From Chara braunii (lineage: Eukaryota > Plantae > Charophyceae), in the NCBI GenBank assembly GCA_003427395.1, contig BFEA01000030.1, forward strand, positions 2,639,299-2,687,037: a DNA stretch of 47,739 nt, read 5' to 3'. The translations under genes were made by a program, and so were the position numbers. Every line of letters starts with the position of its first letter. The stretch's first letter is position 1. Below the pieces are notes generated by a model that was not told the DNA's origin, made no database searches, and worked only from the letters and a program-made list of their open reading frames with translations. Positions 12,440-25,704 of this stretch are shown piece after piece.

Positions 12440-15400
12440 GAACTGTATGAAATGGCTGGGACCACTACCCAGCTTTGGCTAGCAAAAGTAATAATTTGCC
12501 CACAATAATGACCTTGCTCCTGAAGCCAAAAAAGGACAAATAAATTGAAAGAATAAAAGGGGGAACCTCTAGTACTTTCTTACTTCTTGGGATGGAATCG
12601 CAGCCAGATGCAGACAGGTAGGGCCATAAATGCCCTCAGATACCCTAAGAGATGGTGCTAGTGAGAGTATGCCCTAAGAGAGTGTACTGGAAGTGATAGA
12701 AATGGAAACCACCTTTGCCCAAGCGCAAATCTTGGGGCAAGCTCAAAAGGAAGCACAAAGCCGAGACCTTGCTTATGCCATGTGGGTTTACGCAACAACA
12801 ACAGCAACAGGCTATGCAGATGCAAATGCTGGCAGGGGTGGACACAACAGCCAGTGCTGAGGCCCCCAGCAGGCCGACATCTTCCTTCCCATTTTAGTAT
12901 AAGAGGGGGAGAGCTGGGATGACGTGGAAGACGAGTGCAGGCGGAACGTGACCACCAACTTGAAGGGGATATCACATTGGACACACTAGATACGGAGGAC
13001 GTCCCCCACATCCGAACCTACAGTACACAATCGCAAGAAGGGGATAAGGAGCTTGAACAACACACGCACACAGGAACGAGCAAACAAGATAAAAAGAGAA
13101 GGGAGAGAGCGGAACGGAGGTCCGCGATATCCAACACAAGGGTCAAAAAGCAGCGGAAAGAAATGATAGACTGGGTCAGGCTATCAGATTTAACTCTCAA
13201 TCAAGTAGGCTGCAAGTGCTAGGTGGCCACGCATATACAGCGCCCGTTCAGGGTGAAGAGGCACAAAAGCCAATCTCTTTCTATCCTGATACTCAAGGTC
13301 TTATGAACAGAAGGGACGCTGTGACGCCCAACCTCACGCCCAGTGCGACTTCTTGTTTTCGGAGTGTTAGTGGGCCTGGAAGCGCGAAGAGGGGTGTGCC
13401 AAGGATTTTTGGAAAGTGGGGGCGGAGTTCCAGGTCAGAACTGGAATCTCCTGTGTCAAGTTTCAGGGGTAGAAGTGCAATTGGTTCCTCTAGCTCAGAG
13501 TTCGGGTGGGCGCCGTTCCCACGGCCGGGACCGGGGAAGAGTCGGGTGCACGGACGGGGTGTTGTGGGTGTCGCTGTGGGAATGCTCGTACCTCTGTCGT
13601 CCGACGCAGAACTCAGAGTCAGAGTCTGATGAGGAGGATGAGCTGGGTTCTCGTCGTTCTCTCTGGGGAGGTGTCTGACGCGTGGCCTCCGTCGGTTCGC
13701 ACTCGTTGGGCTGTTGGCACTCTGGGCACGGAGGCCGGGGCCCAGGGGGTAACTAGCAGTCGGTGATACGGGAGGACGATGTAATGGGGAGGGAAATTGG
13801 TCGTGATAGCGACGAAGCCTGGGGTGATAAAGTATTGCTGGTGTCTACTGTCGGGATACTCGGGAATTCGGGAGTCCCGGTTGATTGCCAACTCGAAATC
13901 GCCCCTACACAGTCGCTCGCGTTCGGTTTGGCAGGGGTAATCAAGGTTCGCAAGTTTTGTTGTCGTCTGATCTGTTGCTGTCGGACTTGTTGTCTCGGAT
14001 CTGTTCCCTTTCCCAATATGTCCTATACTCGGGATCTCTCAGACTTTCACGGTCGGTGATCCAAAAAGGAGTTTCGACCGCCATATCCGGATCAACGAGA
14101 TTCACTCACCCACATCGTTCCTACATGGCGGGATCGTAACCAGCCCCTGCATGCGTGCGTGTAGATAGCGAATCCGTTGACGGATTGCTGTCTTCCCCAC
14201 GCGTACGCATTGGCCAACTAGTTAAGTCCTAAGCTACGCATCCTGATGGCGGAATAATCTATTGGCGCTTGGTCCGATTGGGCATGCAACCCCATTCCCA
14301 TAACAACCCCTCCCTGGTTATACCCGTATGCATCAGAGGAAAGAGGGCATCAAACATTCGAAGAACAGATATATATTCCCAGCAATTCACGTAATTCTTA
14401 CTTGAACACAAGTGATTGGGGTAATGGTGAGCGCACCAACCCGATCTGCGAGAATTCTGACTCATAAATCGATACACGCGCTGTGATGCCGAAATGCCGA
14501 AAAAACGACGAAGTTAAAACCACACTAGTCTACTGATCACAACAAAATGAAAAAGCAAAGACAAATTGCGAGAAAGGATGCGAGATCGTTCGTCACCATA
14601 CATACATACATGCATTCCAACAAAGAGATCTGAGAAGATTCACACTGGAAATCCGAAAAATGCCGCAACAAAATTGGCCAACGTTGGAATCAAAATTTAT
14701 ATAGGAAGGAGGGAGGAAAGGACACGGTTCCACCATATCCCTCGTCTCTCTCTCTCTTTCTCTCTCGATGCGGGCAATCCGTCGTCACGCATCCCAAACA
14801 CCTCACAGACTCGTCACCCTGCTTAGCCTGAGCGTGCAAACCAGGTTCGCCCATGTGCCACAGTCCCTCGCGGCCACGCATCAACCCCGCACACTCAGCA
14901 CCAGCTCGTCATATCGCCCAACTCTCTACTCACCGTCTTTCTGCTCGTTAGCCGATCCTCTCGACCGCGCTAACTCCCAAGTAGATTAGAGAGGAAATTA
15001 ATCGTGCTTGCAGAATTTATAGCTTGCTAATCAGCGCGCGATAGTCGGGATTGCAAGAGGAACATGAAAGAAGAGAGAAGGGAGTGCCTACGAGTGCATG
15101 ACTGGGCCGCGGCGTGGGGGACGTAGCCTCACTCCACGCTTCGATCCAACCATGCAACGATCCGGCCAATAAGATAGGAGGTGGAGTACGCATGCAGTGA
15201 CGCGGGAAGAGAATTTCAAGAACGGGGAAGATTACGGTTACACCTGCGTAGCGGGGAAGGAACAAGAAGAGATTACAGTTGAGATTAAAATTTAGGCACG
15301 GCGGGAACAGAGTGCAGGTCTCTGTGCAGCAGAGCGCGCGTGCAAGTAAGAGGCGATGTGCAGTTATGGGCAAAAATTCCAGCGTACCCAATTTCCTACT

Positions 15401-16185
15401 GTAATTAAAGTCCTAATTACGAAAAGAAATTTCGAAAGCCCACATGGGCTCATTCCAAATTCAAAAATTCCGAAGAATTACCTGCGCGATTATTGCGCCA
15501 AAACGACGGACGCTGTCGTAGCAAACACCCTTACAAGGGTATTTGCCGTTCTTTTTAAACGTCGCACTGGGTGCGTTCTTGATCAACGAAATGCGCTGAT
15601 GAGGTAAAACCCGTCATGACGATTACGTCGGCAACCTCGCGCTTGGCAAGACTCCGAGTCAAATATGACCGAAGTAGAGAGTATGTGGGCCACGCATTAT
15701 TGCGTTGCACTGTGAGGGGCCGTTGGTCATCGACAATACTAGGTTGGTGAAATGGCGTCAAAGCCCTAGGGCCCGGTTACTCTCCCCTCTGTAATTTTTA
15801 TTATTATTTATATTTTCTTTTATTTTATAAAGACTAGATTTACTTCACAACTAGTTCGGCCTCCTGCAGGAGGCGTCATGAACAGGGTAAAAACCTTACC
15901 TTGAGCACACACGGGAAGTTTATGTTGGATGACGGGTCGAGAGGCGCGGCGTTGAGGGAAAGTCGAAAGTTTGACGAAAAATATGTCAAGCGCCCGATGA
16001 CCAAGATACCAAGTAGCTACGATCCTAGGCGCGGACGACGTCTCGGCGTTTTTTGACGGCCAGGAGGTTGGCCGGTAGGCCAAGGCGAAGGCTGTGCAGG
16101 TAGGACCCATTACGGTCCTACAACTATTCATATGCAGGGTCGCGCCTACCTAACTCAGGCTTAGGCTTTGCCCTATTGGTTACGG

Positions 16186-19100
16186 TGTCGTCCCCCCCCC
16201 TCCCCTCGATGCTCCCTGTCTCTACTGGTCCTACGGGAATGCCAGCCGTCCGGAGGTCGATCGTGCGGCCCCGAGAAGGCCCTCGTCGGCTGCCAACCCT
16301 ACCCTTTGCCCGGTGGTCCCCGCGGACACCTCCTCCTCCTTCTTGCACCCCCCCCTTTTTCTTGCCTCTCACAGCCTTTGCTTCAGACAAGCGCCCCTAC
16401 GAAGACTTCAGGCGGAAGTTCAGGTGCGACCAGCATGGCAGCTATTGCCGAGCATGTCGTTCTCTTGCCAACCGATACGCGCGTGAGCACGGCCCATGCT
16501 GGAGCCTTAGAGCAAATTTTCGAAAGCCGAGCCCTACCATGACCGTACCAGAAAGGGGATACCGAGAGAGGTCGATGAGAACGAGAACACGGGCGAGACC
16601 CTTGCTACGAGAACTCCGTCGCTTCGAGCTCGAATGCGAGCCCGAGGCCGGAAAGCGGAGGGACACAAGTCCACAAAATCGACTGCTCAATGGTGCCCAA
16701 CTCGAAATCGATCCCGAACCAGGAGGGACAAGTGCTTGTCTCGGCCGTTTTCTAAGGCGAGTCCCAAACCTCGTGAGTTTACGAGGGCTCGTAGACAGTT
16801 TCTTCAAGCTCAATTGACAACCCTGGATCCGTGAGCGCGGGCACACAATATGGCAGAGCTCACAGGCAAGCACAGTCACAGCAATCCCGTAGACAATCCC
16901 AAGCCCGAACGTAGCGGATTCGCTAGAGCTTCGGCTCAAGATGTGCGGTTCCCTCCTTCGTGAGGATAATTCTGTGCTCGAGCGCATCCAGTTCGCAATG
17001 GCTCATACAAAGGGCACACAGTACCATCCAGCACGAGGACTCTGCCGAACCCGCAAAATGTCTCTAGAACTCAGACGCGAGCTACCCAGCTTCGGTGAGC
17101 ACCAAGGAGATACCGAACCCGAATACGACAGGTTTTCAGGAGTTCGGTCGCGAGTCACCCAGTTTCGTCAAGCACTGAGACAATCCAGTCCGCGAGAGGT
17201 CAGAAAATGAGTCGCACTGTTTTGCAAGCAAAAGATCGTTCCCACCAGTTAGCGAGACCTCAGACGCGGGTCATCCGCGTTAGCAAGCGCAAAGGCCTTT
17301 CTTCGTACTTGAATAAGCTCGCAAGAGCTTCCGACACAAGTCACTCTGTATTCGTCAAGCACAGAGACCCTCTCGTACCCACAAAAGTTAGTAAGAGCCC
17401 GGACACAAGTCACACCCCTTCGTCAAGCATCAAGGAATCCCGGTACCCGAATAAGTTCACAAGATTTCAGACAAGAGTCACTCCTTTTCGTCAAACAAAA
17501 AGACATTCCCGCACTCGAATAAATTCATAAGAGCCCGGCACGAGCTGCTCAGATCCGAATACAAAAAAACTCACGAGAACTCGGACGCCGGTCGCATGGT
17601 TTTGTCCTTCGTAAGGACAATTCCGTACTCGATCACATTCCTTTCGCGATAGCTCAGGCCCTAGCCCCACAGCCCGGTCCAGCGCAAAGACTTTCTCGGA
17701 CCCGCCCCAAATCTCAAGAGCTCTGAAGTGAGCTGCCCAGTTTCGTTGAGCACAAGTTCCGCCAAGCATAGGTTCGCGAGAGCTCAGAAACGACTCACAC
17801 AGGTTCGCAAGCAAAAGAACGAGTCACACCGCATTGCAAGCGAAAGAGCGAGTCCCACCATCTAGCCAAGCAAAGGAACTAGTCACACCATCTCGGCAAG
17901 CAAAGGAACGAGTTACACTGTTTCGCAAGCAGAAGAACAAGTCACGCCGTCTCGACATGCACAAGAACGAGTCACACTGTCTTGGCAAGCAAAACGATGA
18001 GCTACATTGTCTCGGCAAGCAAAAGGACGAGCTACACCGTATCGCAAGCAAAGGAGCGAGTCACGCCGTCTGGACATGCAAAAGAACCGGTCTCGCCGTC
18101 TCGGAAAGCAGAAGGGCAGAGTTGCGCCGTATCGACGAGCACTAAGACATTCTTGTACTTGAATAAGCTCGCTAGAGCTCGGACACGAGCCACACAATCC
18201 CTTCACGGTCAGAGGCGATCTTGAGCCTGTAAGGACGGATACGAGCCCGTGGCCGAGCTCTTAGGCAGACCTTGCCTTGTAAGGTGACGCCACAAATCTT
18301 TTTTTGTTCTGGATGAAAAAGGCGGGCTCGAAGCCGCAAGCTCTCAAAGCCCGAACCAAGGCCGCCCACATACCAACCGAACGAGTTCTCGCCTCGGCCG
18401 ACACACCCGTCTCCCCCTGTGATTACCTCGTCACTTCTTCTCCCTCCCCCATCTCTTCCTCTCTCCCTCTCGGCGCAACTGGAGACGAAGCTCGAATCGG
18501 TCGCTAATCCTTCCCCTGCGTTCCCCCGTCCTCTCCCTCTCACCCCCTCTATCTCCTCCTTTCTCTCTCTCTCTCTCTCTCGACGGCTAGTGGTTTATAG
18601 TCGGAGCGAGGGCGGAACGCCGCTCCCTTGTTCTCTTCCCGCCCGCCCCTTGTGCCCTCGCGCACGTCCTTTCTCTTTCAGTGTCCGACCCTTCTCCACG
18701 TGCAGTCGAGGGCGGAGACTCAGGCTACGACCTCGTGCTCCCTATCTCTCTCTNTCTCTCTCNNNGNNNNNNNCNNNTCNNNGNGCNNTNNNNNANNNNN
18801 NNCNNNNTNNNNNNNNNNNCNNCNCNCNNCTCNNCNCNCNNNGCNCNCNNCNNNNTCNNNNCNNNGCNNNNNNNCTNNGNNNNNNNCANNNGTNNNNNNA
18901 NNGNNANNNNCCNNNNNNNNGNGCNNNANNNNCTNNNNCNNGNGCNNNNNNCNCNNGNNNNTNNTCNCNCGCNCCCCCCCNNTTNTCNCNCCCCNNNTNN
19001 TTNNNNNNNTTTTNNNNNNNNCNNCCNNNNCNNNNNNCCCCNTCTTNTCCTTCGGCTCTCACTTCTCCTTTCCCGCCGACTTTTTTGCCAAATTTTCATC

Positions 19101-21124
19101 TTTGTGGCCATCCTGCTTCAATCTCCCGCCCACCTTTTCGGTTCTCTTTCCCTCTTTTTGAGGTTAGACTCCGCGGCTTNGTGATCTCACCTTCCTCTTC
19201 CTTGCCCAATCATCGCGATTCCTCCGCCGNCTGAGGATCCATCTCGGCCCTCGCACCTTNTTTCTTTCCATTTTTACCCGCCTCGTAGTGCTCTCCCGCC
19301 GCCGAACCCCGCNCNTTCGTCTCNCCTCTATTCNTGCTTGCTTTAATGCGTCCTCCTGTCCTTGGTGTCGCCGAAACCCGACTCTTCTCCGTTCGCCTTC
19401 CTATCTCTTCCTCCCGTTTGACAGCACCCTCCCACCCCAGGTGCTCGCGAATCCCAGGACCACCCATTGGCCCTTCTTCCCAGCTTCCATCCGCCGTAGA
19501 GTGTCTGGACTTGGCTAGGTACCTGGGCTTTTGCGCTTAGTACATCCTTTCTAATCTTCACGACGGTTTTCAAGAACCGCCTTTTGGTGACCTCTTTTGA
19601 CGACGATTGCTCTTCCCTGTCCGACTTTTCCCCTGTCTCTCTAGTTAGCGGCAGTCTTGCCCGAATTCGAACCCCTCACCCCTTCTTCGGTCTGATTCAC
19701 CGGCGCGGCCTTCTCGATTTCCGGACATTCCCGGTCTTCAGTCACTCGGGTATGTCGGCCGGTTAATACCCGGCCTACGTAGGCTACGTCGCGTGATTGC
19801 TTAAGAGTAGGCGGCCGAGCCCGAAACTTTCACCAATACTTCAGTTTCCCGCCTGGTCGGCACCATCACTCCCTCGATCCTGTTACTCTCTCCCTTCCTC
19901 CAATCCCGCTTCCCACTCCTTTCGTCGACGGATCTATGGGTCCTGCCCCCCCCCCCCCCGGAGTTGGCTGGTCTTTCCTGCCTAACAGTTTCCCCGCGCG
20001 GCCTGCCCCTCTTAAAAACGTTTTTGATCATGTCGGCTGGCGGAATCTTTTGCCACGGTGTCCGACAGATTGCCGCAAGCAAGCGGTTTATATCTTAGCC
20101 TTGTCCCGATGCCGGCGGCTGTCTTTGGATGAGGTCGTGCGCGCACTCTAAAAGGTCATCACCCCGTACCCCGGCTCAGCCCCAACCCCCCCCTTTTCCG
20201 CAAGTTGCCCACCTGCAGCGCAAAAACCCATCTTATTGACGCCGCCGGGATCTGCTCGCCCCTTCCTTTCCCCGGTGGCAACCGGAGGTCACAATCCTGC
20301 AGCTGATCCTGCCTCAGACCCTCCTTCTCAGGGCCGTACGGCCTTCCTCAAGAAAGCAACTGTCGCGCCGTTTGTCCCAATGCCAAGCCATCGTCTTGAT
20401 GCCATCTAGTTTCAAGGCTGGCCATGACCTGCCCGGGACCCATGCCACCCGGAGATCATACTTCCACGTGCACCTCCCTCATATCCCCTCGCAACCGTCG
20501 TTCATAGTCAATGTTTGGCCCGGAACTGACTCCCCCGTTTCATGGTCCTCCATGTCTCCGGCCGAAGTTCAACCATCCTTTCTTGCCTCTTGGGAATGGC
20601 CCCGGAGAAAAACTCGTTTCTTCTGCCCGCACAACCCCGCTTTTGGGGCTGAGCGTCGTCGGCTTCTACTAGCGAATTGCATACGTATATATGGTCCCCA
20701 GAGGACTCGTCCGCGGCCATCGCTTGCTCTTGCCCTGTGCAGCCTCCATTCGAACGTCACGACTTGCTGCAGAGCCCCAAAAGTCGGGTCGAGCGGGACC
20801 AGAGTAATTCGACGGTCGCCCGTGGTCAATCCGGAGCCTCCACAGGCCCGCCCCAAAGTCTGACAGCTATCCCCGAATCCTCGTCCATGGCGTCAAACTC
20901 TTGATTTCTGGGGATCCGCGCCAGCCAGCTTGCGACCATGGTACGTACTGCTATTCCTGCTCATTGAAGGCTTAGTACGAAGAACCGGATGCTCAAGGGC
21001 ATCCATAAACATCATATCCAAATGCATGCATACATCAAAACCACGCAAAATCAGAAAAAAAGACAAACATATGTTTCTTATTTATAGGAGAACAAGCCCT
21101 CGGCTGGTAGGCAGCCGCCCGACA
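16186..21124 (-). repeat. 3' LTR (~4.9 kb)
   Basis: Collinear with 36653-42072 and a few percent divergent by eye. Similarity stops after ...gcagccgcccgaca. Confidence 0.93.
17790..18135. repeat. ~30-bp tandem repeat in the LTR, ~11 copies (also at ~38310-38655)
   Basis: Consensus near ggcaagcaaaaggacgagctacaccgtatc. More degenerate units lie at ~17140-17520. Confidence 0.85.
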
Positions 21125-21148
21125 ACCAGCCCACACCCCACTTCTCGC
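21125..21148 (-). promoter_or_regulatory. Putative polypurine tract
   Basis: Minus strand reads gcgagaagtggggtgtgggctggt immediately before the TG of the 3' LTR. It is G-rich but imperfect. Confidence 0.5.
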
Positions 21149-21456
21149 CGTCCCCGGCGAGATCTCTCTCAGGGTGCTTTTTGTTATACCCAACCTTCGA
21201 ATTGTCTTTCCCGTTTCTTCCCATTTTAATCCTGTTGCCTCTAGACGCCATCTATGGCCCATGGTACATCCTTACCCTATGACCCCGGTCTACGGCATAT
21301 TACTCTCTTGGAATTTTGACCCGTTTCTCTAACTATGGTACATTCTTGTCCTCTAACTATGGTACATTCTTACCCTCTATCCTTGGTACTGTTTTCCCTT
21401 TCGACACCTTCCCCCTTATCGGCACATGGCACACCCTTCTCTCCTCCTAAGCGACA

Positions 21457-23070
21457 CTATCCCCGTCTTCGTCTCCTCATCCTCTTCTCACGCCTTTCTC
21501 TCTTCCGCTTTCTCTCTCCTCTCTCACGTTTGAGTCTCAAAGCTCTTCTCGATGCATTTCTTCTTTCTTCCAATCTCCGTTTTTCCAACCGGTCGGCATT
21601 CTCGTCATCTTCTCTCGACCGTTTCTTCTTTCTAGGGGTCTTTCGTGGGGCAGGTTTCCGAACCTTATATCCTTTCCTCGGTGGTCGAGAAGAAGCTCCT
21701 TGTCTGGAGGTCTCCCCTTTCTCGTGGGTTACGGTCACCTCTTTGTTAATAGCCTTTTTCCCTTTCTGCTTCGGCTTCTTCCCAAGGGTCCCTCTTGATC
21801 GGAAGATCTTGAGACAAACCCCCGCGATAGGGTCCCGTAGCCTACTCCCATCTAATTCCGCGAGCATGTAAGCCCCGCCATCCAATCTCTTTAGGACCTT
21901 ATAAGGTCCCATCCAACGATTTGCTAGCTTACGGCTCCAGGTTTTTTCCAGTGATGAATCGTACATTAGCACTAGGTCGTCCACCCCTATCGGCGCCTTT
22001 CTGACCCGCAGATTTTTGTCCCACCTATCTTTCCCTTTCACCCTCTCTCTCTCGATGTTCTCACTGGCCGCGGTCACCCTGGTATCCAAATTCTCTGCTA
22101 TTTGCTGTATCCGTGCTTCCAACAGTTCATCCCTAGACATGTTGGTTTTCCACGAGACACTCGTCCAAGTGTCAATGTGGAATTCGACGGGTAAGGGACA
22201 ATGTATGCCGAACCAAAGAGTGTATGGAGGGTACCCTGTACTGGACTTGACCGTGATATTATCGACCCAAACCGCGTACCGCAAGTACCTTAGCCACTGC
22301 TCCGCGCGCCCTTTGCACAATTTTGCTAGAGCATCCACAAGCGTTTGGTGCCCCCTTTCTACCGGTGCATTGCTTTGGGGGTGATAAGCGGTCGTATAGG
22401 CCGCCCCGATTCCTGCCTTTTCTAATAATATCTTGACCTTCTGGCTCAAGAATTCCCCCCCGCTATCCATGACTATTTTTTCGACACACCCATACCGTGC
22501 GATGTACTCAAGGAGAAAATCGCTTACCTCCTCTGCCGTCTTCTTCTTAATGGCTTTCGCTTCTACGAACCCGGTGAGGTCATCCCGGGCGTTGATTATA
22601 TACCGAAGTCCACCGACCCCTCTTGGCATGGTTACCAAGTCTACGTGGACCTTCTCACCCAGAACCGTGGGAAGCGATGGAACTAAGGGTTCTTTGTACC
22701 GGACTGTCGCCCTCTTCTGGCAGGCTTCGCACGTCGAACAGTACTTTTCTACTTCCGTATATTGTCCGTCCCACCAATAAAGCCTACGGACCTTATCGGA
22801 AGTACCCTTTACCCCCCTATGGCCTCCAACGACCCCGTTGTGGAGTTCCTCTATGACAACCCTTCTCTCCTCCGGATCGCATAGTACCCTCATGGGTATC
22901 GCAAACTTGGTGGGTCTCTTGAAGAGATGGCCTCTTCGTAGGCAGTAGCCCAACACCTCTCGTTGGATTCTATCGGTCCCTGTATCTCTACCGGCTAAGT
23001 ACAGTCCTATGTCTCCGTATTTCCCGTCGTAGAGATTAGCGAGAAAAGTTCTTGGGCCCCCTTCTTCCCC
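21457..23070 (-). pseudogene. pol: Integrase domain of pol
   Basis: H..GGH..CSTCEAC zinc motif, VHVDLV / IVMDSGGEF / PQSNAPVERGH DDE core and WMGPYKV GPY/F motif, then a basic tail with no chromodomain. It is in frame with RT-RH across a TGA at 23071. Confidence 0.95.
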
Positions 23071-24870
23071 TCAGCTGTTCCCCGCTATTTGTGCCCTATT
23101 AACGGCGACTTTCATTATCTCCTCTTTAACCATTGTCACTTCTTCCTCCTTAAGCCTAGGTAGGTCCTCCTCACGAATGGGAAGCCGGGACAATCCGTCC
23201 GCGACCTGGTTCTTGGTCCCTGATATCCTTTCGACCCTATAGTCGTAAAGCCTAATGTGTATCATCCATCGGGCGATGGCCGGATCGATCAGCGAGAAAT
23301 CCTTTTGAAGGACCGCCGCTATTGCAGTTTGGTCTACCCTCAGGAGAAATCGTCGCCCGTATAAGTAATGTCCGAAGGCCTTTAGACAGTGCAACACCCC
23401 TAACACCTCCTTTTTGAATTGGCTATAATTTCTCTCGGCGGGGTTCAATATCCGGCTCTCGAATCGCAACGGTCTCTGTTTCCCCTCTCCGTCCTTTTGA
23501 GACAAAAGGCCCCCCACCGAGTGAGGTCCCGCGTCCGTGGATACTATAAGCGGGCGACTCTCTTCGTCTTCGAAGAACGGAACTCCTAGGATCTCTCCAC
23601 CTTCGCGGAACTCCCCCTTCAAAGCTTCCATGGCCTCGTCCTGTGCTCCCCCCCAAACCCATCCTTCCGATTTCCTAAGGAGTCTTCTAAGGGGTTCCGC
23701 TTTCTCTCCATAGGCTTTTATGAAGATTCTCCAGTAGCCCACAACCCCCAGAAACTGCCGAACTTCCGTTATGGACTTGAGCGGTGACGGCCAGGTCATC
23801 AATTTTACTAATTTTTCGGGGTCGGGCCTTCGCCCATCCTTATCGCAAATGAACCCCAGTATCTTGATGGAGGACACGCCCCAATGACTCTTAGTTCCGC
23901 TTACCGTGAGGTTGGCATCATCTAACTTTTCAAGGACGTTTCTGACATCACTCATGCGGTCGGCCACAAATTTTCTCACCCCTGGGAAGACCTCCGTCTC
24001 ATCTCGTTCGACCGACCCTTTTATCGGGAAGTCATCCAGGAAGACCTCCACCTTCTCTGGTATGAACTTCTTGAGGACCGCGATCATGGCCCTGTGGAAC
24101 ACTGCCACTTCGTTAGTCCATCCCATGGGCACCACCATCATTTGGACCAGCCCTAGAGGCGTATGCATGGCGGTCATATGCCTATCGCGATAGTCTAAGG
24201 GGATTTCATCATACCCCGAGTAGAGATCACAGATCGAGTATATCGAACGACCTGCCGACCGTTCCGCGAGTAGGTCTGCCTCCGGTATCGACCCCACGTC
24301 CCTTATAGTGACCGCGTTGGTCCTTTGGAGGTTTTGTATCCATCTTAGTTTGTTGCTGCCCCCTTTTCTCAAAAAGAACCACTAATTGGAGTAAGCACTC
24401 TCACAAGGCTTTGCGACGAATGTTCTGATCTTCTCCTTGATAAAAGCCACTATCTCCTCCTTCTCCTTTTGAGCGTACTTCCACTGGGGCCTATCCTTCC
24501 AAGGTACGTGTGGGACGGTGTGTATCCGGGCCGGCTTAGCGTACCTCGGGTCGATCCTTCCTCTCTCCGAGTCATCAAAGGCAATGGCTTTATCGCAGCC
24601 CCTTTAGGTCATGGTTATGAATCCCTTCTCTTCCTCCGTGAGATTCCCATCCCCTATATCCATCTTGGCCAACCTATCGGCCGTTATCCTTTGCCCTTCA
24701 GTCTCTTTCCTTTTCCGGATGATATCGACTATCTCCTCCTCCGATATTGTAGCTTCCCCCGTTCTATCCCGGCTGACCGCGGCGGGTTTTACTTTCTCCG
24801 CCACGGTTTTGTGCTTCTTAACTCCGCCGGTTAGGGGGATACCTCCACAAAAGATATACTTACGCATCCA
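23071..24870 (-). pseudogene. pol: Reverse transcriptase and RNase H of pol
   Basis: DLYSGY, PMGWTN, VFLDDFPIKG, VRQFLGVVGYWR, IVSTDAG, ERNYSQ..E, NQVADGLSR. There are stops and a frameshift upstream of 24372. Confidence 0.96.
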
Positions 24871-24965
24871 CCGAATTCCTCCTCCTCGTCCGCCTTCTCG
24901 TACCCCATACCGTTAATAACAATTCTATCCCCTACATCCTCGACCTCCAATTGATCTCCCTTGGG

Positions 24966-25696
24966 TCACCTATCCGTCAATGGCACCTCCTCCAGACGGA
25001 CTCGGCACACCCTCGACTGACTCCCCTTGCGTTTAGCAATGCTGGTCCGGTTACGCTCATCTTGCGCGTCTACGGTCTTTAGGACCACTCGGATTCCATC
25101 CGGACTTTGGATCGAGAGAGTCTGACTTCCATCTGGTAAATCAACCGTGGTAGCGTGAACCGCGCTCAGCCAGGTCCTTCCGAGGATCAACTCGGAGAAG
25201 CACTCCTTTACCGAAAAGATTGGGACCGTGGCCTCTACGCCAGAGACCTCAATCACGGGGCTTTGACACATCCCTTCCGCCGGTTGCAGCTTGTTATTGA
25301 CCACTACCATTGACATTGATACCCTTCGATCTATCTCCAAGTCCAGCTCCCGCGCGATGGAGTCCCTACAAACCGTAGACTCGGACCCGTTGTCTACTAG
25401 AGCTCTCATCTTCTTCCCACTTACCACTGCCAGGAGCTGGCCGCTACCTAACACATAGAATTTCTTGGTCTCTTCTCCCAAGAAGAAGTTGGAAGGTAGT
25501 TCCTCCATGGTAATGCGGGAGGCCTGTACTTCTTCCTTGGCTGGACCTTCCACCGGCACAGTGGGTCCTCCTGCGAGCGGGACTCTTACCTTCCTCGTGA
25601 TGCTTTGGAGCTCTTCCTTGGCGCTTTTGCTCGCGGCTAGATATTCCAAAAGTGTTCACTGCATAGGCTGCATCAGGGTTCTTCTAAGGGGGGCTA
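24966..25696 (-). pseudogene. Gag-protease linker and aspartic protease
   Basis: ALVDNGSES active-site motif and ELILGRTWL. Confidence 0.9.
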
Positions 25697-25704
25697 CCGT
25701 GTCT

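Noticed and set aside
18750-19340. Near-identity of the LTRs as evidence of recent insertion or gene conversion
   Set aside because: Ns sit at the same positions in both LTRs (~19179-19334 and ~40132-40286), which points to a shared consensus fill. The segment is unusable for dating.
16176-21229. ORFs inside the LTRs (e.g. 16176-16817, 20372-20863, 39095-40186, 41078-41752)
   Set aside because: They are low-complexity and GC-driven, show no domain motifs, and their stops and extents differ between the two LTRs.
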